A stretch of DNA of 64,000 bases from assembly GCA_964016885.1 (NCBI GenBank), contig OZ024747.1:31682001-31746000 (forward strand), read 5' to 3'. Below are positions 13,081-25,359 of the stretch, piece by piece. The first letter of the stretch is position 1, and the number at the start of each line of letters is the position of its first letter. Below the pieces are notes generated by a model. It was given only the letters and a program-made list of their open reading frames with translations, ran no database searches and was not told where the DNA came from. This DNA comes from Eledone cirrhosa (taxonomy: Eukaryota). Made by a program: the position numbers and the translations under genes.

Positions 13081-13593
13081 GTTTATATATATATATATAC
13101 ATATATATAGTAATATTTATATATGATTGATATAACTATAAATATGTAGGGTAGCAGTAAGTACTAGCCGGTTACCGGTATGACAAAAGGGTCAATGTAA
13201 ATTTTAAAGTGCTTTACAAATATAACATGCTTTAACACCCCACACAAAATGTTTATTTAAACTGCATTATAACTCTTTCCTCATACATGCCTCATTGACT
13301 GTATTGACTCCTGCATTGTACACCAATTGTCCTTGCTTATAACTTCTTTCCCTGTGTTATATTTGCTTGTGTTTTTTTTCTTTGCTTGTGTTTTTTTTTT
13401 TTGCTTGTGCTTTTTACTTTTACTTATACCTATTACACTTCCAACCTGTGCAGCCTGTAATTGTATTATTTCAAGCGGAACATATTTTTAACTTCTGAAT
13501 CTCCACAGGATACCTTGGACACTAATAACAACTATGTACCCTAAATGTCCTAAATGACTAGGATTCTAGTTACACATTTTCGACATTCCTTAT

Positions 13594-13638
13594 GCTCCGA
13601 TGATTCCAGACTTCCCTCTGGAAGAAACAATTGTCAGC
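13594..13638 (+). ncRNA. Minimal type I hammerhead ribozyme motif (Penelope pLTR type), U4C core variant
   Basis: GCT-CCGATGA-TTCCAGA(cttccc)TCTGGAA-GAAA-CAATTG-TC-AGC: perfect 7-bp stem II, palindromic stem III, GUC cleavage triplet, followed by AATAAA. Confidence 0.7.
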
Positions 13639-13894
13639 TAATAAATGTTCTAAACTAAAGTTTGATCGTTTTAACACTTTGTATCCATATATGTATATAT
13701 ATATATATATATATATAAATGAAAAGTATAGAAATTGTTGTAGCGAGAAGCTAACAGTATTCCATAACATATATATATAATAAACCCATGCTAGCGTGGA
13801 AGATAGACGTTAAACGATGATGATGATGATGATCATCATCATCATCATATATTTATATATACATATATATATGTATTATATTTTTTGATAGATA

Positions 13895-14500
13895 AGAAAT
13901 GCATAATCTGTAAACTAAGCCCCCATATTAACTGTAAAACTAGAAACATAGTATATAGCATATGATGTACTGAAGGACAATGTAAAGATAAGAATATAGT
14001 GTACAGAGGTGAGACAGCTCATAGTATAGGAGAACGGTTAAATAAATACTGGTGAGAGCTTCAAGATAGAAAAGAATCATCAGTACTCCACCAACATGCT
14101 AAAATAGAACATAAGGGCAAATTAGAGAACATAGAAATAAAAATAAAATCTACACACCGAAAAGACGCAATGTTTAGACAAATCACAGAGGCAATAAACA
14201 TAAATGAACTCCAACCAAAATTAAATAGAAAACATGAATGGAATAACAACATCACAACTTACAATTAAGGACAAAATGAAAACACACACACATAGAACAA
14301 ACAACCAACCAGTAACATGTAAATAAACAAATAAATAAACAAATAAAAAACACACACAGACACCCAGATGTAACACGTGCGCAAACTAAACACACAACAC
14401 ACACAAAAACAAGATGGCGTAGGACTGAACAAAGAAAAGTATCCCCAGTCATTGAAGAGGTCACAGAATGTGTGACGAAAGAACTTTGACAATATATGAA
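13895..14500 (+). mobile_element. Penelope-like element 3' end (GIY-YIG + decayed hammerhead)
   Basis: Plus frame INCKTRNIVYSI..YRGETAHSIGERL..SVLHQH..RQITEAINI..PKLNRKHEWN. HHR-like TTGAAGA GGTCACA..TGTGAC GAAA at about 14452-14490. Confidence 0.8.
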
Positions 14501-14658
14501 CAACCGTCCGGTTGTGGAACCAACCGAAAATTTATAAATGTTTAAATTTATAATTTAATTTATAATAAATTGGAGTGAAATCAGCCGGTGCAACATGACC
14601 CTCCCAAAGCATAACAATAATTTTATATATATATATATATAATATATATATATATATA

Positions 14659-17600
14659 TCATCATCATCATCATCATCATCATCAACGTTTAACGTCCGT
14701 GTTCCACGCTTGCATGGGTTTGGACGGGGGTAGTCCCACTTGAGGCAAGAGTGATTGTCTTGCTCGCATAGGACTGTCTGGCAGGTTTTCTACAGTTGGA
14801 TGCCCTTCCTAACACCAACCACATTTACAGTGTGGGTCTGGGAGGTTTTTACCGTGTGTGCCTACATGGCCACATTACAGCGTGGACTGTGTGTTTTTTT
14901 GTCGTGACACCTACACGATCTCATTTGTTTCGGCCTCGATGGCGCGGCACCAACATAACTTTACATAGAACGGGGTGGTGTGGATGGGGTGGGGGTGGGG
15001 GTGGTGGGACGGGGTGTATTTTGTTAGAGATGCCTACTGGCTGGAGTAGGTTTTACTATATATTTAGGTAAGGCGGGTCTTCTCTGTTACTGAGTACCGC
15101 CAAAGGTCTCGGTCCAGTGACATTGTCTTGGAGAGGTGTAAGTGTGTGATGTCGGAGTTTATCAGCTCGTCCCAGGTTTTTCTAGGTCTGCCTATTCCGT
15201 GACTACCGTCTATCTTTATTGCCCTGCACTTTGTTATACAGCTATCGACTTTCATGCGCATCACGTGTCCATACCAACGTAGCCTTCTCTCGAGTAAACA
15301 ACATCTGATCCCTCTTATCTCTAATTTTTTCCTTAGTTCGTTTATGCTTTGCCGTTCACGTATATTACTGTTACACATCCAGCGGAGCATGCAAGCTTCG
15401 TTCCTCTCTAGTCTGCGTATATCCTCTGCACACAATGCCCAGGTCTCACTGCCATGCAGCATTGCTGTTCGTATGCAGGCATCGTACAACCTGCCTTTCA
15501 TTTTTAGTGAGAACCCTTTAGCAGCTAATAGTGGTATAAGCTCTCTGAACTTTTTCCACCCAGTTCTGACTCTAGCTACAGTACTTTCAGAGCACCCTCC
15601 CCCACTGCTGATTTTATCGCCCAGGTAACGGAAGCTGTCCACTATTTCTATAGAACCCTCTGCGCAATTGAAAGAGCTAGTAGTTTGTGGGCACTTGCTG
15701 CTACTTATTGCACCAGAGCACCGGCCACATGTAAAATCTATGTTCTTAGTTAGCTTACCTGTGATCCCAATACATCTTTTATGCACCCATACTTTGCATT
15801 TAGGACATAAAATGGAGTTTCTACCTACGCCTTTCCTACACACCGAGCATGACCATTTCCCAGAAGGGACCGCCGCCTTGTTTTCTTTCCTACAAACTAG
15901 TACTTTGGTCTTAGCCAGGTTAATTTTAAGTCCTTTTGACTCTAGGCCGTGCTTCCATGTTTGGAATTTCTTCTCTAGCTCGGCCATTGATTCCGCTATG
16001 AGTGTCAGGTCGTCTGCGTATAGGAGTTCCCATGGGCAGCCTGTCTTGAACTCCTCTGTTATAGCCTGAAGGGCAATAATAAATAGTAGTGGGCTGAGAA
16101 CAGAGCCCTGATGGACGCCAACTTTTACGCTAAACTCTTCACTATATTCGTTGTTAATTCTAACCTTGCTGACTGTGTCTTTATACATGGCTTGTATAGC
16201 CCTCACAAGCCATTCGTCAACGCCTAGTTTTCTAAGAGCCCACCAGATAATGGAGCGGGGGACTCTGTCGAAGGCTTTCTCCAAGTCGACAAAAGCTAAG
16301 TAGAGGGGTTTACCTTTAGCTAGGTACTTCTCCTGTAGTTGTCGTACTATGAAAAGAGCGTCTGTGGTACTTTTGCCTGACACAAACCCGAACTGCATTT
16401 CATCTAGGTCAATTCTCTCTCTGATTAGTTGCGCTATTACTTTTTCCGTGACCTTCATGACCTGGTCGATTAATTTAATGCCTCTATAGTTACTCCTATC
16501 TAGGGCGTCTCCTTTACCCTTATAACAGTTAACGATGATGCTGCTATGCCAGTCCTTCGGAACAACCCCATTCTGTACGACTTGGTTAACTATGCGGGTG
16601 ACCATGGTGTGTCCCACCGTGCCAGATGTCTTCAGCATCTCAGCAACTATTTCCGAAGGCCCAGCCGCCTTACCCGTCTTCATATCCTTGATTGCCTTAC
16701 TTATTATACTCCCCTCGACTAACACTGCTGGTCCCTCTATTGGGTCGATATGGGGGAGACTGCCTTTCTCCCAATTATTCTCCTCATTTAGTAGCCTTTC
16801 ATAGTGACACTTCCAAGCTACCTTCTTATCAGCGTCGGTGATGGCAAGTGTGCCATCGTCGTTTAGTACACACTTCTCCCCGACAATATCACGGTTTTCC
16901 TTGACGCATTGCCTAGCAATCCTGAACACCTCACGTTTTTGGTCATCGCGTTGTAGAACATGCTTGAACTTTCTTTCCTCAGCTTCCCTTCTTGCTAAGT
17001 ACACTTGTCTCCTAGCTTCCCTCCTGGCCACTTGATAGTCCTCTCTACCTCCCCCATCCCGCCATACTTTCCAAGCCTGCTTTTTGGCCTTAATTGACCC
17101 CTCCACCTTACTGTTCCACCACCATGTTACTATCCTCCTGCCTACAGGCCTGCTCCAGCCACAGACTTCGTCTGTCGCCAACAGCAGGTTTGCTTTCAGA
17201 AATTCCCACTCTCCCTCTATATTGTCCGACTCTAAATGTTCTTCCTTACTGTCGAAAGCATCAAGTAATATGCTTTGAAATTTATTCCTGGCTGTGGGGT
17301 CCTTTAGCTTCCATATTTTCCTCCTGAGGATAGTCCTCTTCTGTTGTCGAGTACGTCTCGTCCTGACTATGAGGTCGCTAATTATCAGTCTATGTTGGGA
17401 GGTGCATTCTTCATGGGGGAGGGATTTAGTGTTTACAACAGACACTCTGTCACGTCTTCTGGTAAGGATATAATCTACCTGGCTTGTGTGTTCCCCGGAT
17501 CTATAGGTGATCAGGTGATTGTCACGTTTTTTGAAGTTAGTGTTACAGATAGTTAGGTTATTTGCATCACAGAATTCCAGGATTCTGGAGCCTTCCTCAT

Positions 17601-18216
17601 TTCTAGTACCAAACCCATAGCCTCCATGGATTTCGTCGTAGCCGTCACAATGTTGTCCAACGTGACCATTTAGGTCGCCTGCGATAATTATATAGTCACT
17701 GTCGGATATTTGGGAGGTAGTTAGCATCAGTGTCTCATAGAATCTGTCTTTTATAGTGCCGGGCAGTCCGGATTGGGGTGCGTACGCAGATATTACTGTC
17801 ACCGTAGTTCTATTGAGGACAAGTCGTATTTTAATTATTCTGTCGTTCACTCTATTTACGTCTATTATCTTATCTGCCCACTTTTCTGCTACCATGATTC
17901 CTACTCCACCCAGCCCATCGTCGTTTCCCACCCAGAAAAGCTTATAACATCGTTTTTTACCCTCAATGAACCTAGCAGACCCACCCCTCCACCTGGTCTC
18001 TTGAATACAACAAACATCGACCTCCTTACGTTCAAGCATTTCTACAACCTCGTTAGCGCGACCCTTTAGGGTGCCTACATTTATGGTACCAACTCTGAAG
18101 TTTTGGATTGCGTTTGGGGGTTGGGGGCGGTGGGGGGCGGGGGGCGATGGGGTTATGTTAGCCGTCCGCGGTCGAAACAATGAGGAGTGCTCGCATTCTC
18201 GTCCAAGAGGTGAATT

Positions 18217-18218
<2 letters not shown>
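14659..18218 (-). mobile_element. Young RTE LINE family A copy, slightly 5'-truncated, inserted in (TA)n
   Basis: (GAT)n tail at about 14660-14685, a ~380-bp 3' UTR and an intact ORF. (TA)n flanks both sides. Confidence 0.95.
15064..18180 (-). CDS. RTE-clade ORF2: APE endonuclease, reverse transcriptase with inserted PHD-like C4HC3 finger
   Basis: 1038 aa without stops: VGTINVGTL, CIQETRW, AGDLNGH, SQHRLI, NYRGIKL, FVDLEKAFD, GVHQGSVLSP, YADD, FRYLG, LRWYGHV. The annotated start is TTG and the frame stays open into the 5' junction, so the true ATG is missing. Confidence 0.95.
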   Translation of the reverse strand: MFRPRTANITPSPPAPHRPQPPNAIQNFRVGTINVGTLKGRANEVVEMLERKEVDVCCIQETRWRGGSARFIEGKKRCYKLFWVGNDDGLGGVGIMVAEKWADKIIDVNRVNDRIIKIRLVLNRTTVTVISAYAPQSGLPGTIKDRFYETLMLTTSQISDSDYIIIAGDLNGHVGQHCDGYDEIHGGYGFGTRNEEGSRILEFCDANNLTICNTNFKKRDNHLITYRSGEHTSQVDYILTRRRDRVSVVNTKSLPHEECTSQHRLIISDLIVRTRRTRQQKRTILRRKIWKLKDPTARNKFQSILLDAFDSKEEHLESDNIEGEWEFLKANLLLATDEVCGWSRPVGRRIVTWWWNSKVEGSIKAKKQAWKVWRDGGGREDYQVARREARRQVYLARREAEERKFKHVLQRDDQKREVFRIARQCVKENRDIVGEKCVLNDDGTLAITDADKKVAWKCHYERLLNEENNWEKGSLPHIDPIEGPAVLVEGSIISKAIKDMKTGKAAGPSEIVAEMLKTSGTVGHTMVTRIVNQVVQNGVVPKDWHSSIIVNCYKGKGDALDRSNYRGIKLIDQVMKVTEKVIAQLIRERIDLDEMQFGFVSGKSTTDALFIVRQLQEKYLAKGKPLYLAFVDLEKAFDRVPRSIIWWALRKLGVDEWLVRAIQAMYKDTVSKVRINNEYSEEFSVKVGVHQGSVLSPLLFIIALQAITEEFKTGCPWELLYADDLTLIAESMAELEKKFQTWKHGLESKGLKINLAKTKVLVCRKENKAAVPSGKWSCSVCRKGVGRNSILCPKCKVWVHKRCIGITGKLTKNIDFTCGRCSGAISSSKCPQTTSSFNCAEGSIEIVDSFRYLGDKISSGGGCSESTVARVRTGWKKFRELIPLLAAKGFSLKMKGRLYDACIRTAMLHGSETWALCAEDIRRLERNEACMLRWMCNSNIRERQSINELRKKLEIRGIRCCLLERRLRWYGHVMRMKVDSCITKCRAIKIDGSHGIGRPRKTWDELINSDITHLHLSKTMSLDRDLWRYSVTEKTRLT

Positions 18219-18270
<52 letters not shown>

Positions 18271-18445
18271 ATCCCGCCGAGGTTAACTTTACCTTTCATC
18301 CTTACGGGGTCGATAAAATAAAGTACCAGTAATGCACTGGGATAATTGCTGGCCTTGTGCCTAAAGTAGAAACAATTATATATATATATATATATATAAA
18401 TATATATATATATATGTATATATAAACAATATATATTATATAATT

Positions 18446-18640
18446 AGGGTAGTGGATTGGCAGTATCGATAGAGGGTCGGATGCAATGCTTTCCAGCATA
18501 GAGTTACATCCCTTTATGATCTGAGTTCAAATCCCGCCGAGGTCAACTTTGCCTTTCATCCTTACGGGGTCGATAAAATAAAGTACCACTAATGCACTGG
18601 GATAATTGCTGACCTTGTGCTAAAAGTAGGAACAATTATA
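18446..18640 (+). mobile_element. Meta-domain-type tRNA SINE (extra partial copy at 18271-18380)
   Basis: GTGGATTGGCAGTATCG..GAGTTCAAATCC..GCCTTTCATCCTTACGGGGTCGATAAAATAAAGTACC, resembling the Meta/Sauria SINE central domain. Confidence 0.8.
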
Positions 18641-18724
18641 TAATTATATAATTAAATATCTCTGTGCTATAAATAGACCACTCTTCTTTCCTTTACCTTC
18701 TCTACAGAAAACATATATATATAT

Positions 18725-18970
18725 GTTTTCGGTTGCGTGTAATTGTTCTTATCGCCCCTTATAATGACGTATTATGTTTGCTTTTTTCCATTCATTGCCA
18801 GGGAACATCTTCACGAACCAAAGTATCGTCTTGCTGCTTTCTTTCGGTTATAACATTTTTCGAAATATTTACTTCTGCGTTCACAGATTGATTTTTTTTA
18901 GTTTCAGAAGATCCCGTTAAGGGTGAAAGCAGCGATTCTTTGCTTAAACTTTAATCAGTTATTTTAATAC
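18725..18970 (+). mobile_element. Penelope pseudo-LTR remnant
   Basis: Matches 47000-47275. It contains CAGAAGA TCCC gttaa GGGT GAAA, and its last ~40 bp are the reverse complement of 44852-44891. Confidence 0.7.
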
Positions 18971-19059
18971 ATATATATTTATATATATGTTTGTGTGTAG
19001 AGAGAGAATGTAAAGGAAAGAAGAGTGCTCTATGTATAGTACAGGGATATTTAATTATG

Positions 19060-20485
19060 TCATAAACAACATTATATAATTAATAATTATTCCATTACCT
19101 AAGGTTTCATGAAACTAGACGACCATGACAGAAACGTCCAGGGCGCTTATCAGATAAAATATTTATGATATAAGATTTGAAATTAAAATCTATTAAAAAT
19201 GAAAGTGAGGCTGAATTAAAATAACATAAAAAATACATGTACACACAGAATCAGATATACATACATGCACACATACATAAAATAAAAAGTAAAATAATAT
19301 TCATACATACACACACATACATATATTCACATACACACACATATACATATATACACACATATATATAATGTTTCTTTTTCTATTATTATGTTTAGAAGTA
19401 TTAGTAGGATTAGGTATGTATTTAATTTGTTCGTTGAAACTGCTATTTTTAAGAATCTTATACTTTATTAAATATTTCTTCAGAGAACGAGAGGTTTGAT
19501 ATCCTACGATTAATATTAGGGATAAGGCTTTAAAATATTATGGGGTAGGGGTGGCATGACCTTTTATTTATATATTTTAGATTTCATTAGGTTTATGATA
19601 AGGTTTAAAAGAAGCAGTAAGTAAATCAAGATTAATATTGAGGAAGTTAGTATTAGTTAGATTTGTATCTGTTGTGATTTTAAGGATTAGATTAGAGAAG
19701 GTTTTTATCAAATCTTTTCGGAATTTGTCAAGATCATGGCCATCCATTGGTGGTATGAGAGACTACTAGTCATCATCTCGATATAAACCGATAGTGTGAT
19801 TGGGGAATTTTTCTTTAAGTGTGTGGAGGAGGAATAAGCCAACTAAATCATACACAACTGCACTTTCAAAAGAACCCACTGAGACATCAAAAGGATTTTC
19901 TGGGTTTGATTTTTTTACCCACGTTTCGTCTTTGGCAAAAAGTAAAGTTTTTCTGGCATGCAAAATTACATCTTCCTCTAATTCTGATATATCAGTAAAT
20001 TTTCTAGCAAAATCTAATGCTTTGGCTAATAAGGAGAGAGTGCTAGAAGGGTAGAAATCTAGTATATCAAACTGCGATAAATCTAGATGTATTTTTCTCT
20101 TGTATATTATATAACTGTATTTAACCATTGAAATAATTCAGTTTTACTTCTTATTTGATTAATTATATTTCTTAAGATTTGTTAATGCTATTATTTATGT
20201 ATATGTATGTATGTGTGTTTATATGTAAATATATATATGTATATATGTGTGTTTGTGTGTATGTGTATATATGTATATATTTATGTGTGTATGTATGTTT
20301 ATTTTTAGTTTTATGTATGTGTGCATGTATGTATATCTGATTCTGTGTGTACATGTATTTTTTCTGTTATTTTAATTCAGCCTCACTTTCATCTGATGGG
20401 CGTACTGGACGTTTCTGTTAAGATAGTCTAGTTTCATGAAACCTTAGGTAATGGAATAATTATATAGTGTTGTTTATTATATAAA
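19060..20485 (-). mobile_element. Penelope-like RT fragment between inverted pseudo-LTRs
   Basis: ORF 19766-20128 (QFDILDFYPS..PFDVSVGSF..GLYRDD) is homologous to the 45010 ORF. About 19060-19300 and 20280-20485 are inverted copies carrying decayed HHR cores. Confidence 0.8.
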
Positions 20486-20833
20486 TAAAAAACACATATA
20501 TATATATATACTTTTTAAAATATATTTCTCTCTATATCTCTATTTTTACTTCTTTCATTATCATCACACAATAACTGTAACCCCATTAACATGATGGTTA
20601 ACTACCTGTACCATCATCCCCACCAACACCACGTCCCCCATCATCAGATCCACCTCTGACATCACCATCTCTCCCGTCACCAATTCCAAGACCACCACGT
20701 CCACCACTGCTGTTGTAGCTACATTTATATTCAGGGTTGCTCAGCATTAAACATCACCTAGCAATCATCATTTAAATCATTAAAAAAAATATTGCTATAG
20801 ATGAAACAGCATTATCATCTTCAACCTCATTCC

Positions 20834-20865
<32 letters not shown>

Positions 20866-21094
20866 ATATCATCAACAACATTATCATCATCATCATCATT
20901 AATAATATCATCATCAACATTATCATCGATATTGTCATCATCATCAGCAACTAATAACTATCATTATTGAAGTGATATTCACCATCATCAAGATTTAAAA
21001 GAAAAACCCTTTGGCACCATTCTCCCTCCCTCCTCAACAGCCTTATTATTACTATTATTATTATTATTATTTCATTATTATAGTTCTTTTCAAG

Positions 21095-21285
21095 GCAGTG
21101 GATTGACAGTATCGGTAGAGGGTCGGACGTCATGCTTCCCAGCATAGTTACGTCCCTTTACGATCTGAGTTCAAATCCGGCCGAGGTTGACTTTGCCTTT
21201 CATCCTTACGGGGTCGATAAAATAAAGTACCAGTAATGCACTGGATAATTGCTGGCCTTGTGCCTAAAGTAGAAACAATTATTAT
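21095..21285 (+). mobile_element. Meta-domain-type tRNA SINE
   Basis: Same family as 18446, with (ATT)n tail. Confidence 0.8.
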
Positions 21286-21304
21286 TATTATTATTATTAT
21301 TATT

Positions 21305-21795
21305 AAAGTTGCATTTATTTTGCTTTATGTTCATACGAGTTTGGTGACCTCAAGAGACAACAAGGTCCGCCATGTTCAAGAAAGAACATACATACACACA
21401 TGCATCTTTAGGTGTTTAGACTTGTGATGTACTTATATTGACAGAATCTTCCTTAGTATATGGGCAGTTCACATTAGTAATATCTTTTGTATTTCTCCTA
21501 TACGCGGGTTTCCTGGGATTTGCTATAAGTAATCATTAGACCCCTTAAGTATCATTCCTAGAGCGCCTACAACCACTGGTATTGATTTAGTTCTCAACTT
21601 CCACATTTTTCCAATTTCTATCTCCAGGTCCTTATACTTGCTTTTTTTTTTCAAATGTTTTTATAGATACATTCTTGGAACGGACATCAATTAGCAGGCA
21701 TACCCTCTTTTTAAAGTCCTTCAGTTTTATATCAGGTCTATTTGCATCTATTTATCGGTCTGTTTGGATGCTAAAGTTCCACAAGATTGAGTATT
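21305..21795 (-). mobile_element. R4/Dong-type LINE 3' fragment (restriction-like endonuclease) ending in (TAA)n
   Basis: Minus frames NFSIQTDR*IDANRPDIKLKD..CLLIDV..KYKDLEIEIGKMWKLRTKSIPVVVGALG. It lies between TAA/ATT tracts. Confidence 0.8.
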
Positions 21796-22326
21796 ATTAT
21801 TATTATTATTATTATTATCATCATTAAAATATTTTCAAGAAATCATCATTATTATTATCATTATCATCATTTTATAAGTGAAAAATAAAAACGGTATTAT
21901 TAATCTATTTGATACCTTTGGCAAAAAAAACAAAAAAACTCCTACGAATCTAGATAGGACAAAAATAAGCACATAACAACAACAATAACAGCAACAAAAA
22001 CAACTGCAACACTATATATTTACTGCAGGGGCACATTAGAGTTACATTTTTATGTTCAATTTTCTTTTGTTTAAAAATATTTTATTTTATTTTCTTGGCA
22101 AAGTTATTTAAATCATATAATTGACTTGGCAAAGAAAATCTTTATAACTGCTAAAAATGTCTTCTTTTTAAGAGTCTTGAAGAAATAACCAAGAACCAGA
22201 TGACTTATAGAATTCAAATCAAAAGCCAAAACTTAAACGACTGATGCTAAACTAGTAGAAATATCTTATCACATGATTTAGGGTAACTATTATTATTACT
22301 ATCATTATTATTTTATTAGAATTATT

Positions 22327-22525
22327 GGTGGATTGGCAGAATTGGTAGAACAATAGACAGTAATGACTTTCTACAATCTGAGTTCAAATCCCACAGAGGT
22401 TAACTTTGCTTTTCATCCTTACAGGGTCGATAAAATAAAGTACCAGTAATGCACTGGGGTCGATTTAATTGACTTTCCCCTCCCCCGAAAGTTGCTGGCC
22501 TTGTTCCTAAATCAGAAACCATTAT
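22327..22525 (+). mobile_element. Meta-domain-type tRNA SINE
   Basis: Same central domain as 18446. Confidence 0.75.
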
Positions 22526-23654
22526 TATTATTATTATTATTATTAATAGTAGTAGTAGTAATAATAAATGTTTTGTGTGGTCATGTGGCAGAAATCTTCA
22601 CAAACTTTGGATTTATTAACAAGTTTTAGTGAATGAAATGTCTTTCTTCTTTGAATTCTTTAAAAGAAAAAACAGTATAAGTAAAAATATTGGCACATCT
22701 ACCTCTGTACCGGAGGTTATCAAAATGTCTGTTATAGACATTATTTCATTCGTTGTATATATATATTTTTCAAAGTCTGTTATGTTTACAATCATTTTCA
22801 ATGCCATTTTTTTTTTTATTAGAGGAACAGAAAGAGCTACTAAGGGAGGAAGGGAATAGTACTGAATATGCCATTTAAAATAGAATAATGTTTTATTCTT
22901 GAATACATGAAAATAATGAACAGAAGGAAAATAACATTGAAATAAACAGATTCGCAAATATAGGCATTTAAAATTTGATATTTTAAAACAAAAATGTTCC
23001 TGACATAAGCAAATGGACAACAAGAACAACAAAAATGGCTGCATGCACGTACACGCTTTTTTAAAACAACAAAAACAAAGTAAAAGGCAACAACGTTAGC
23101 TTTACTGATGTTGCTACTAATCAGAAATTTAAGAACATTTCTTCCACTACTGTAATGGCCTCTACTTCCTAGATCTGGTTGATCTCCTGGTTTATATCTT
23201 TCCCACTGGAGTCAATTTGCAACAGTTTAAGCAGAACATCATCTGCCTTAATGCTGCCCCCCCCCCCCCCCCACACACACACACACACTGACATAAATGA
23301 CTCACACCATGGGCACTGACCCTTCCTCCAGACACAGGAAATACAAAATAACAAATTTAGTAACCAAGAAGAGATCTGCTTGACAGAGTTTTCTAAGCAT
23401 GTTTCTTTATCTGCGAAGAAGAAAAATGGAAGGGTAGTTCTCTGTAAATCATCAAAAGTGGTACAGTTTTACCCAAACCTTCAAAATAATAATTAAAGGA
23501 ATTGCTAGTCAATGTGAGGATCAATATCTCCTCTATCAGTTAAAAGGAAACATATGTACTATATGGCTGGGTTTTAAAACAGGACAGACTGGAAAGGCAG
23601 CAGAAATACTGCATCAAATATAAACTAGTGCTGCATTACTTGGCTCAAGCCAGA

Positions 23655-23895
23655 AGGTTCATCAGGCCAGTGCTTATCCCAGTTTCATGGTCTGAAGCAA
23701 CTGAGAGAACAAGACTCCCCCCTGGACAGGACGCCAGTCCATCACAGGTTTAAACCACCAGCTATTGCTGGTACTCATTTTCATCTGAGTAGACTGGAGC
23801 AATGTGAAATGAAGTGTTTTGCTCAAGAACACAACTTACAAGCAGTCCAGGAATTGAACCCACGACATTATGAACATAAGTCCAACACACTTACT
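23655..23895 (-). mobile_element. CORE-type SINE with V-domain-like 3' part
   Basis: Minus strand: B box GGTTCAATTCC, CORE-like CTTGAGCAAAACACTT..AAATGAGTACC, then CCTGTGATGGACTGGCGTCCTGTCCAGGGG. Confidence 0.65.
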
Positions 23896-24736
23896 TCAGT
23901 GTATAAAGAATTTTCAGAATCATTAGTATATCAGGTGGGATGACTTCATTACCAACAAAGAAATCAAGCAAACCCCCCACCACCCCCCACCACCACCACC
24001 ACCACCACCACCACCACCACCAACACGTATCTAACATCATGCACAAGATTGACTTGGCTAGTCAGGACATATGTCACACAGATCCCAAGGGAGAGACATA
24101 CTAATCATGTCCTGTATTGGTACCCCCATGGAAAGAGGCAAAGAGGACATCCCAAGATAATCTATTGGCAAACAATCGACAGGGATCTGAAACATGGCAA
24201 CAAAAGTTGGAATTGATAGATGTAACTGGCTGTGGTCACTGGAGAACTTTGGCTCCCTCATTAATCTCAAGACACATGAGTGTCTAAGTCTATGTAAAGT
24301 TAGAATGATGTATTGATAGATGCAACTGACACATTGGAGAACTTTCGCTGACCCATGCATCTGTAGACATTGGAATGCCTAAGTTAACCCATTGCCTTAT
24401 AGTGCTCAGTTATAGCTCTTTCTGTTCAAATCCCAGTTTGGTTAGCTTAGCCTTTCATCTTTCTTGGTTTCATAAAATAAAGCATCAGTTACATACAATA
24501 GTCCCTATATTTGACTGTCCTTCCTCCACCAGAGTTTCTAGGGTCAGCCTATCTTAGAAATTATTATACATGTAGTAAGTGAATCCTAGCTTAATAATAA
24601 ATTAATAAATCTGGGAAATTTCTATGTAAAAATAAAATAAAAAAATAATTGTAAAATATAGTAAAAAAAAATAAACCAATAGAGGAAGTAACCAGTTGTA
24701 ATAATATTCCAATGACATGTACCAGAAGATATAAAG

Positions 24737-24960
<224 letters not shown>

Positions 24961-25318
24961 GGATGAGGTGGGGGAGAAAAACAGTGGTTGGTTGTGATGG
25001 TGATGGAGATGTGATAATTTCATTGATTATGAGTAAAACATATTAGGAACATAAGAAATCTATCTTGTTGGAACTGGTGTAGAACACCTCAACACTCAAC
25101 ATTCTTTTTCAACTACTTATTATCTTTGATCAATAAATGTTGATGCAGATGTCACTATATATTTTATGCATATTTCTCTGCATGTATGTACATGTGGCTG
25201 GATGTGTATGTGTGTATATATGTATATATGTATATATATATATATGTCTGTGTGTGTTATATATATATACACAAACATATATATATATACACAAACATAT
25301 ATATATATACACACACAT

Positions 25319-25358
<40 letters not shown>

Positions 25359-25359
25359 T

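Noticed and set aside
18115-18152. G-run cluster (possible G-quadruplex or editing)
   Set aside because: It is the antisense of the Pro-rich N-terminal linker of the RTE ORF. There is no second copy to compare and no evidence of function.
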